From: Tardiphaga sp.
GTDB taxonomy: Bacteria > Pseudomonadota > Alphaproteobacteria > Rhizobiales > Xanthobacteraceae
NCBI GenBank assembly: GCA_040512975.1
Contig: JBEVEC010000153.1
Coordinates: 1 to 49,887, forward strand
Direction: 5' to 3'
DNA length: 49,887 nucleotides
Part shown: piece by piece, positions 35,118 to 43,300 of the stretch
Layout of the letters: the number at the start of each line of letters is the position of its first letter
Position numbering within the stretch: the stretch's first letter is position 1
Made by a program: the position numbers and the translations under genes
The notes under the pieces: model-generated
Told to the model about the DNA's origin: nothing
What the model saw: the letters and a program-made list of their open reading frames with translations, nothing else
Databases searched by the model: none

Positions 35118-37064
35118 ATGCGTTACCGAATTCTGTTTATCTGTCTTACGACGCTCGGCGCTTTGCTCGGCGCCCAACCGATCGATCGCGCCGCGGCGCA
35201 GGGGGCCGGCAACAGCCCGGTGCAGATCACCTGGGAGGTGCGCAACCGCTTTCGCCTGTTTCGCGAGGAGCGCGACTTCCAGCTTCATGTGGACTCCATG
35301 CGCGGCAACAGCGTGCTGGCTGCAGAGCGCGGTCTCGAAGTCCAAAGCGATGGCCGCGGCTGGGCCCGCAACACCGTCAACCGGCTTTGCGTCGATCTGG
35401 CCGGCCGTGTCAGCGAGCCCTGCACCCGCGACACGGTCAAAGAAAGCTACCTGACGCCGACAGACCATCCGGTCACGGTTCGCCTTGCCGGCAACGTGCC
35501 GGTCGGCGCGGTCTGCGCCTGGACCTTCGACGACGGCGAGGGGCCGCGGCAGTCGACCCTCGACTGTGCCGAGCCGGTCAACTTCCGCGTCATGTATGGC
35601 CGCCACACCACGGCGACGGTGGACGTCACCAGCGGCGACGCCGCCGCGCCGCTGCGGGCCACCGGCGACATCATGGTGCGCGACATCCTGATCGCCGGGC
35701 TCGGCGATTCCATCGCGTCGGGTGAAGGCAATCCGGACCGCCCGGTGAACCTGTCCGACGACGGCTTCTGTTTCCGCTCCTATCTCGGCGGGCCAAGCGG
35801 CCAGTTCTATCGGCCGAGCCGCGCCGGCTTCAAGGGCGGCCGCTCGTGCGATTCCTACGAGTCGCTGCAGGCCTGGCAGCGTGCCGGCGCGCAGTGGCTC
35901 AACGCCGCCTGCCACCGCTCGCTGTACAGCTACCAAACCCGCGCCGCGCTGGCGCTTGCGGTGCAGTACCCGCATATCGCCGTGACCTATCTACCGCTGG
36001 CCTGCTCCGGTGCCACCATCGCCGACGGCCTGCTGGGTTCGCAGCGCGCGCGGGAGTGTCTGAACACCAAGAACGCCAGCAGTTGTGCGGGCAGCGTCAA
36101 TGCCCAGGTCGCCGAACTGCGCGACGCGATGGCGGCGGCCAAGCGCCGCCAGCCGGCGCGGCGGCTCGACATGGTGCTGCTGTCGGTCGGCGCCAACGAC
36201 ATCGACTTCTCGGGACTGGTGGCCGACGTGATCGTCGACAACGCCACCGAACGCGCGCTGTTCAAGCGCGGCGGCGTGCTCGGCGCCGTGGACGATTCCC
36301 GCGCCGCCTTGACGCGCGACCTGCCGGCCAGCTTCGGCAAGCTGCGCGAAGCGCTGAAGCCGCTGGTCGGCGGCGACATGTCGCGCGTGGTGTTCACAGC
36401 CTATGGCAATCCCGCGATGTCCGGCGGCGCGCCCTGCCCCGGCGGCCCGGCAGGCTTCGACGTGCATCCCTCGTTCAATGCCAACCCCGGCCGGCTCGCC
36501 AATGTGGTCAATTTCGTCGAGTCCGAATTTCTGCCGCAACTGAAAGCCATTGCGACATGCCAGGGGGGCGTGCTGTGCCGCAATCCGGATTCGGATCGCA
36601 TGACCTTTGTCGATGCGCATCAGGCAGCTTTCGCCAATCACGGATTTTGCGCGCGTGGGGCGTCCGATCCGGAATTCGATCGCGCCTGCTTTTCCGCCAA
36701 GGGCGACAGCTTCGACGCCAGCCTGGTGGACAGCGCGGCACAGCCATTGGTGTGCGGTCACGGTGCCAGCGAGTTCCGCGCCTATCTGCCGCGCGCCCGC
36801 TGGATCCGCGATGCCAATGACAGCTATTTCGCCGCCATGACGTATCCGCAGGGCTATTCGGCGGCGATCCAGCCGGCCGACATCCACGACGCGACCTGGG
36901 GCATTCTCTCCGCGGTGTATGGCGGCGCGATCCATCCCACCGCCGAAGGCCACGCCGCCATGGCCGACGCCGTCGTCCCCGCCGCCGCCGACATGCTGCG
37001 CCTCGGCGTCGAGTCCGACGTGACGCAGGAACCGCTGGCCCCGGTGCAGCCAGCGGCAAGGTAG
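35118..37064 (+). CDS. Secreted cysteine-rich SGNH/GDSL-type hydrolase
   Basis: Signal peptide. Block I GLGDSIASG, block II ACSGA, block III VGAND and a C-terminal HP. Start is 35091, 35109 or 35118. Confidence 0.78.
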   Translation: MRYRILFICLTTLGALLGAQPIDRAAAQGAGNSPVQITWEVRNRFRLFREERDFQLHVDSMRGNSVLAAERGLEVQSDGRGWARNTVNRLCVDLAGRVSEPCTRDTVKESYLTPTDHPVTVRLAGNVPVGAVCAWTFDDGEGPRQSTLDCAEPVNFRVMYGRHTTATVDVTSGDAAAPLRATGDIMVRDILIAGLGDSIASGEGNPDRPVNLSDDGFCFRSYLGGPSGQFYRPSRAGFKGGRSCDSYESLQAWQRAGAQWLNAACHRSLYSYQTRAALALAVQYPHIAVTYLPLACSGATIADGLLGSQRARECLNTKNASSCAGSVNAQVAELRDAMAAAKRRQPARRLDMVLLSVGANDIDFSGLVADVIVDNATERALFKRGGVLGAVDDSRAALTRDLPASFGKLREALKPLVGGDMSRVVFTAYGNPAMSGGAPCPGGPAGFDVHPSFNANPGRLANVVNFVESEFLPQLKAIATCQGGVLCRNPDSDRMTFVDAHQAAFANHGFCARGASDPEFDRACFSAKGDSFDASLVDSAAQPLVCGHGASEFRAYLPRARWIRDANDSYFAAMTYPQGYSAAIQPADIHDATWGILSAVYGGAIHPTAEGHAAMADAVVPAAADMLRLGVESDVTQEPLAPVQPAAR

Positions 37065-37115
37065 GACGCAAATAAAGGTTTTGGCTTGTGTGGTTCAGCG
37101 CACGACCATCAGCGA

Positions 37116-37242
37116 GTCGTTTCTGCGAACGCAGGGACCCATACGGCGAGGACTCGCGAATCCAGCAGGCAGCAGCCGGTTGATCGGACTGTGACCAAAG
37201 CCGGCGCCGGTGATTATGGGCCCCTGCGTTCGCAGGGACGAC
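37116..37242. repeat. Inverted REP pair (GTCGTCCCTGCGAACGCAGGG type)
   Basis: GTCGTTTCTGCGAACGCAGGGACCCATA ... TATGGGCCCCTGCGTTCGCAGGGACGAC. Confidence 0.85.
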
Positions 37243-37278
37243 CCATGGAAGCGTTTGCGTTCGAACGCTGACGCCTGA

Positions 37279-37899
37279 TTACTTCGCGACGTTGCTTGCC
37301 TTCTTCACCGCCGCGGGTGCTTTGGCGGCGCCGGTGGTCGGTGGTTTGGCGGCAGCGTAAGTCGGCATCCATTTGCCGAGCACCGTCGGGTCAAGGGTGG
37401 CGATGTCGGTGTCCGGCAGACGCGACCAGGTCTCGTCCTTGCCGAGCAGCGCGATGCCCCAATAGCCGCGCACCGTCAATTCCTGACCGTCCTGGCTGAC
37501 ACTCATCTTGGCCTTGTAGATCTTGCCGTCGCGCGGATCGAGGATATTGCCGTTTTCGTATTTCAGCCCGTCTCGCTTCATGTCGCGGATGAAAGAAATG
37601 CCGAGCACCGGCGCGTTCTTGCGATCGTCGACGCACTTGCTGCAGATATCGTCGCCGGGCTTGTCATTGGGGTCGACAAACGTCTTGGCAATCGCGCCTT
37701 CGAAGGTGCCGCTATGGTCGACCACAAGGACCCAGACGACCGGAAGCCCCTTTTCGGTCTTCTGCCAAAGACCGGCTGCGGTCGGCTCTGCCGCCTGCAC
37801 CGGGCCGAGCAGCATCGCGACTCCCGCCAATGCTGCAGCGGCCGTAATGGCAAACCGCCGAACCGGACGGACAAATGAGTGCGATAGAAATGTAGACAT
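37279..37899 (-). CDS. DUF2147 domain exported protein
   Basis: Signal peptide, then [21 protein letters not shown] and LTVRGY.GIALLG...W. The start is uncertain (37899 or 37905). Confidence 0.85.
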   Translation of the reverse strand: MSTFLSHSFVRPVRRFAITAAAALAGVAMLLGPVQAAEPTAAGLWQKTEKGLPVVWVLVVDHSGTFEGAIAKTFVDPNDKPGDDICSKCVDDRKNAPVLGISFIRDMKRDGLKYENGNILDPRDGKIYKAKMSVSQDGQELTVRGYWGIALLGKDETWSRLPDTDIATLDPTVLGKWMPTYAAAKPPTTGAAKAPAAVKKASNVAK

Positions 37900-38214
37900 C
37901 GGCATCCCCGAAACGTTGGTCGTAAGGCAGTGCGCGTTCATGCGATTGATGCGGCTGCATGAACTATCAAAGTTCCGCGACCAGAGAGTGACCGTCGTTG
38001 ATGGCTTTTGCAAGATAGCCCTCGATGCGGAGAATGTCCCGATATGTCTGAAGTCGTCGTCCTGAAGCCATCGTTCAATGCTTGTTCATCGTCGCGCCAA
38101 TCAATGCGGCGTCCAAACCGATGCGCCCGGCTGCAAGTATCCGAACACCATTCGCACTCGTTTGGCGGTCATGTCGACGTTTCTGCAAGATCCGGCTGCA
38201 GGCGGTAAATCCTC

Positions 38215-38239
38215 GGAACGGATCCTCCGCTTCGTCGTT
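38215..38239 (+). promoter_or_regulatory. EcfG promoter
   Basis: GGAAC-N16-CGTT, an exact consensus match. Confidence 0.8.
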
Positions 38240-38273
38240 GAGTTTCAGTGAAACCATCTGGAGATCTGTCATT

Positions 38274-38519
38274 ATGAAGAAGATCATTGTTGCCGCCGCG
38301 ATCCTCGGCCTGTCCGCCACCGCCGCTTTCGCCCAGTCCGGCGCCAATCCGAGTGCTCCGCAGCCAGGTTCGACTGGCGTCGGCGTCAACCAGCCGGGCA
38401 CCACTGCTACCGGTACCGCCGTCGATCGTCCGACCACCGGCAGCAGCATGTCGAAGGACACGATGTCCAAGGACAGCATGAAGAAGGACAGCATGTCCAA
38501 GGACCACATGAAGAAGTAA
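38274..38519 (+). CDS. Small secreted protein with C-terminal MXKDX pentapeptide repeats
   Basis: Signal peptide MKKIIVAAAILGLSATAAFA and tail MSKDT-MSKDS-MKKDS-MSKDH-MKK. RBS GGAG. Confidence 0.85.
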   Translation: MKKIIVAAAILGLSATAAFAQSGANPSAPQPGSTGVGVNQPGTTATGTAVDRPTTGSSMSKDTMSKDSMKKDSMSKDHMKK

Positions 38520-38676
38520 GCGAGTTCACATTCGCTACGGCGGATCGGGCCGCGCTGTGCACAACGCCAGCGCGGCCTTTCGCTTGTCTGGCGCAAGCGA
38601 GATGGCTGTGTGTCCTTGAGGACTTGTCCGGACCGCGCATCTGCGCTGTAACAGCGCAAATGCTGGAGATCGCTTC

Positions 38677-39129
38677 GTGACTGCAACCGCCCGCGCGCCG
38701 ACGCCCAGACTGGACGACTATCCTTACCGGCTGAAAGACAATGTGCGCTTCGCGGACCTCGATCCGAACCAGCACGTCAACAATGCGGTCTACGCCAGCT
38801 ACTTCGAAACCAGCCGCGTGATGCTGGTGAAGGAGCCGCGGCACGGGCTCATTCCGCCCGGCCAGAGCTGGGTGCTGGTGCGACTCGACATCCATTACCG
38901 TGCCGAACTGCACTGGCCGAACACCATCGATCTCGGCATCGGCGTGACGAAACTCGGTCGTACGTCGGTGACGTTCGAACAGGTGGTTTTTTCCGAAGGC
39001 CGCTGCATCGCGTCGGCGATCGCGACCACCGTGATGGTCGGACTCGAAAGCCGCGCTCCGACGCCGCTTCCACCGGAAGTGATCGCGCGCTTTCAGCCGT
39101 GGATGCTGCGCGACACGAACGCACCCTGA
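38677..39129 (+). CDS. Acyl-CoA thioesterase (4HBT hot-dog family)
   Basis: VRFADLDPNQHVNNAVYASYFE and LGRTS motifs. Confidence 0.9.
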   Translation: MTATARAPTPRLDDYPYRLKDNVRFADLDPNQHVNNAVYASYFETSRVMLVKEPRHGLIPPGQSWVLVRLDIHYRAELHWPNTIDLGIGVTKLGRTSVTFEQVVFSEGRCIASAIATTVMVGLESRAPTPLPPEVIARFQPWMLRDTNAP

Positions 39130-39165
39130 GAGACAGGCGCCGCGATGATCGGGCGCCGTGCTGGA

Positions 39166-39486
39166 TCAGGCCTGCCGTTCCGGTGTCACGATGACCAGGC
39201 CGTCGAGCGCGTCGCTGATCTTGATCTGGCACGACAGCCGCGAGTTCGGCTTGATGTCGTAGCCGAAGTCCAGCATGTCCTCTTCCATCGGGGTCGGCGA
39301 GCCGACCCGCTCCTGCCAGGCTTCGTCGACATAGACGTGGCAGGTTGCGCAGGCACAGGCGCCGCCGCATTCGGCCTCGATGCCCGGAATGGAATTGCGG
39401 ATTGCCGCCTCCATCACGGTTGAGCCGGTCTCGGCGTCAACGGTGCGGGTTTCGCCGGAATGGTCGACAAAGTTGATCTTGGCCAT
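39166..39486 (-). CDS. 2Fe-2S ferredoxin (adrenodoxin type)
   Basis: [11 protein letters not shown]...RLSCQ. Confidence 0.95.
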   Translation of the reverse strand: MAKINFVDHSGETRTVDAETGSTVMEAAIRNSIPGIEAECGGACACATCHVYVDEAWQERVGSPTPMEEDMLDFGYDIKPNSRLSCQIKISDALDGLVIVTPERQA

Positions 39487-39581
39487 GATGCTCGCGCTGG
39501 GAAAGAACTGTAACTTCTGTCCTATACCGGCTCGATCGGGATCGCGCCAGCGTCCCGCCGACCTCCTCCCGTGCAAAGCCG

Positions 39582-39959
39582 TCAAGACCGGTTGAGAAGG
39601 CCGTCGATCTCTGCCCGGGCCTCGAGCACCGCATCCGTCAGGGTCATCAGGGCCTCGGCATTGTCGCGCCCCTCACGGAGCATATCGATCAGCCATTCAG
39701 CAGCGTCCGCGATGCGGAATGCGCCGACCGCCTGCGCAGACCCCTTGAGCTTGTGGGCCAATTCGCCGGCACTGGGCTGGAGCCGAACGATTCGCTCGAT
39801 CAGGTCGCTGGCCTGGGCCGCGAACATCGCGAGGACCTCGTGCTCGAGACCGGCATCGCCCAGCGTCATCTGGCGGAGATGCTCCATATCGATCGGTCCG
39901 TCATCGGGAACCAGCGGCGGTGACGGCATCCATTGAACCCGTTCGAAGTGAAGCGGCAT
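39582..39959 (-). CDS. Stand-alone HPt domain protein
   Basis: [14 protein letters not shown] phospho-His motif in a helical bundle. Confidence 0.85.
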   Translation of the reverse strand: MPLHFERVQWMPSPPLVPDDGPIDMEHLRQMTLGDAGLEHEVLAMFAAQASDLIERIVRLQPSAGELAHKLKGSAQAVGAFRIADAAEWLIDMLREGRDNAEALMTLTDAVLEARAEIDGLLNRS

Positions 39960-40146
39960 GATGATGACCCAGATCGGCGCCGCGCGGGACGCTGCGGACG
40001 CATTTGCATCAGCCAAACACCAAATTGGTTAACAGAACGTTCCCGGTACAAAGCCGACTTCCGCCGTCCTGCCGACGTGAAATCGCCACGATCATCGGTG
40101 GGCCAGACGCATTTCAGGTTGCACAGCGCGATACCAGTGGACCGCG

Positions 40147-40172
40147 TTAACTATCCTTAAGAATGTCTTAAC
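40147..40172. promoter_or_regulatory. CtrA box in the HPt/GPR divergent intergenic region
   Basis: Perfect TTAA-GAATGTC-TTAAC (40157-40172), plus an adjacent TTAA (40147) and another GTTAAC at 40028. Confidence 0.8.
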
Positions 40173-40348
40173 CAGAACCATTTCATTCGCGCGACCAAGC
40201 CAATAGGATGTTTGCGGAAGTAGCGGACAAGCCGAGCGACCGGCTGTTCGACGATCGTCTTGCAGGGGAGCATCCGATAAGCCGGATGTGGCAGGGCCGA
40301 ATCGTACGAAACTTTCGGACGGGCGTTTTTAAGGGGTGTGGGACAACG

Positions 40349-43300
40349 ATGGCAAACAACACCAAAAAGGCCAAGGATCCGACCGAAGTTGCGCTGTCTG
40401 CTATCCAGGAAGCCCTGAATATCAGTGACTTGTCAGGTTCCGAACGCGAAGCCGCGGCGATGCGCGTGGACGAGGCCGCAAGCGCCATCCGGCAGCCGGT
40501 CGGAGGCTTCGACGATTCCGGTTTTGATCCGCGCGCCGCGCTGGACCGGCCGGCTTTCGATGCGGTCGACGACGGCCGCTTTCAGCGCCGCCCCGCCAAC
40601 GATGATCGCGAGACCATCGGCGAGATTCTGCAGGCGATCCAGAAGGGCCGCCCTGCCCGCAATGTCTACACCCTTGCCACGCTGTTCGCCGGCGTCTGGG
40701 TGGTCGGCGCAGGCCTGCTGACGGTCGCGTTCCTGCCCTCGCTGCAGGCCCTGCTGGGCCAGGGCGGCGGCGGCACGCTGGCGCTGGCCGGCCTCGCAGT
40801 GCTGTTCTTCGCGCCGATCCTGCTGTTCTACTTCCTCGCCAGTCTCGCCTGGCGCGGGCAGGAGATGCGCCTGATTGCCCAGTCAATGGCGCAGGTCGCG
40901 ATGCGCTTTTCCGAGCCCGAAGGTGCTGCCAGCGATTCGATGGTCACCGTCGGCCAGGCGATTCGTCGCGAGGTCGCCGCCATGGGTGACGGCGTCGAGC
41001 GCGCCATCGCACGCGCCGGCGAACTCGAGACCCTGGTCGCCAACGAGGTGTCCGCGCTCGAACGCGCCTACTCCGACAACGAGGTGCGCATCCGCGCCCT
41101 GCTGCAGGACATCGCACACCAGCGCGACAACCTGGTCGGCCAGGCCGAGCAGGTCCGCTCCGCCATTTCCGGCGTGCAGATCGACCTGCGCCACGACATC
41201 GCGCTGATCTCCGACGCCATCGCGTCGCGCGTCGACGAGGTCGCCAAGAGCATCACCGGCGCGCTCGAGGAGCGCGGCGAGCACATCACCCGCTCGCTCG
41301 GCACCGCCGGCGACAACATGATCATCGCGCTCGGCGAGCGCGGCGGCGACCTCCTCGACCGTCTCGAGGAAGCCTCTTCGGAAACCACGCGCGCGGTGCT
41401 CGACGCCAGCGAGCGGCTGACCACCAGCCTGAATTTCAAGACCGGCCACGTCCATGACGAATTCGTCGACCTCGCCGACCGCGTCCATGAAATGCTCAAT
41501 GAGCGCATGGACCGCATCACCGGCGATTTCGAGCAGCGCTCCGCCAGCATCGTCGACCGCATTTCGGAGCGCACCGAGCAGGTCCACGACTCCCTGAAGA
41601 ACTCCAGCGATTCGCTGCTGCTCGAACTCGAGCTGCGCAGCGGCGACCTGGTCAGCAAGATTGATGACGCCGGCAACCGCCTGGCGACGCAGATCCTCAC
41701 ATCGGGCGACAAGGCGGGCGAGTCGCTCGACGCCACCGTCAATACCCTGGTGGCGAAGGTCGCCAGCCAGACCGAGACCGCGCACGACACGCTCAGCCTG
41801 CAGATGAACGCCTTCGACGAGCTGGTGAAGGAACAGGGCGCCGAGCTCGCCGAGCGCTTCTCGCGCGACAGCGGCAATCTGGGCGCGCTGATCACCAAGC
41901 ACATCTCTGAATTCGACCGCACCGTGAAGACCTTCGGCGGCGAAGTTGTCGACCGCCTCGGTCAGCGCACCCAGGACATCTCCGACACGCTGAAGACCTA
42001 TGTCGACACGTTCGACGCCCGCGTCGCCTCCAATGTCGGCGGCATCGGCGCCTCGCTCGACGGCCGCCTCGCGGACTTCTCGACCAAGTTCGAAGACCGC
42101 GTCGCCACCCTCGACACCTCGCTCGACGGCAAGATCAAGTCGTTCGACGACACCGTCGAAGGCCGCATCAGGAATCTCGAAGAGACCTTCGACGCCCGCG
42201 CCCAGTCGGTCACCACCACCATCGACAGCCGTCTCGAAAATCTCGCCAACACGCTGTCGCAGGGCGCCAACCAGGCGGTCGATTCCGTCGATGGCCGCCT
42301 CACCCACCTCGCCACGGCACTGACCGAAGGCGCCGTGCAGGCGATCCACTCCATCGACGATCGCCTGAGCTACTTCACCACCTCGCTGACCACGGGCACC
42401 TCGCAGGCCATCGCGGCGATCGACGGCCGCATCAGCCACGTCACCGACACCATCGACAGCCGCACGGCGCACCTCGCCGACACCATCGAGAACCGCAGCG
42501 CCCTGCTCGCCGACACCTTCACTGCCCGTTTCCAGGTGGCCCATGACGGCATGGAGAGCCGCGCCGGCGCCATTGCCACTGACATCGAGACCCGGGTCGA
42601 ACAGTTCGAGGAATTGCTGGGTTCGCGCATCGAGGCCGTAGCCGGCCGCATCGAAACGTCGGGTCGCACCGCCAGCGAACAGCTGATGGCACGCGCCGAA
42701 GAGCTGTCGTTCGGCATCAAGGGCCATGTGGACGACGCCGAGCGTTCGCTGACCCACCTGATGGTGTCGACCAGCCAGACCATCCAGGCCGGTGCCCGCG
42801 CCGCGCAGGAGTCGCTGATCTCGGTGTCGACCGATGTCGGCGCCCAGCTCAAGCTGACCTCGGCGGATATCGAAAGCTCGCTTACTGCCGTCGGCACCAC
42901 CGCGGCGTCGGCGATCGTCACCAGCGCGCGCGAAGCCCAGACCACGCTCGTCAGCGTCTCCACCGAGACCTCGCTCCAGGTCAGGTCGCTGTCGGCTGAC
43001 GTCGAGCGCACCCTCACCAATGCCGGCTCCGCCACCTCGGCCGCCCTGCTCTCCAGCGCCCGCGAAGTGCAGACCACGCTGGTCACCACCACCACCGATG
43101 TGACCACCCAGATCCTGTCGCTGTCCGCCGACGTCGAGCGCACGCTCACCACGGTCGGCACCGCGACCGCGGACTCGGTCCTGTCGGGCGCACGCCATGC
43201 GCAGACCATCCTGGTTACCGCGTCGACCGATGCCACGCAGCAGGTCCGCAGCCTCGCCGCCGATGTCGAACGCACGCTGATCGCCGCCGGCAGCGCCAGC

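Noticed and set aside
37906-38210. Long intergenic region with hairpin GTTCATGC...GCATGAAC as a possible riboswitch or sRNA
   Set aside because: No recognisable riboswitch core or terminator. It fits divergent promoter DNA, though an sRNA cannot be excluded without a covariance search.
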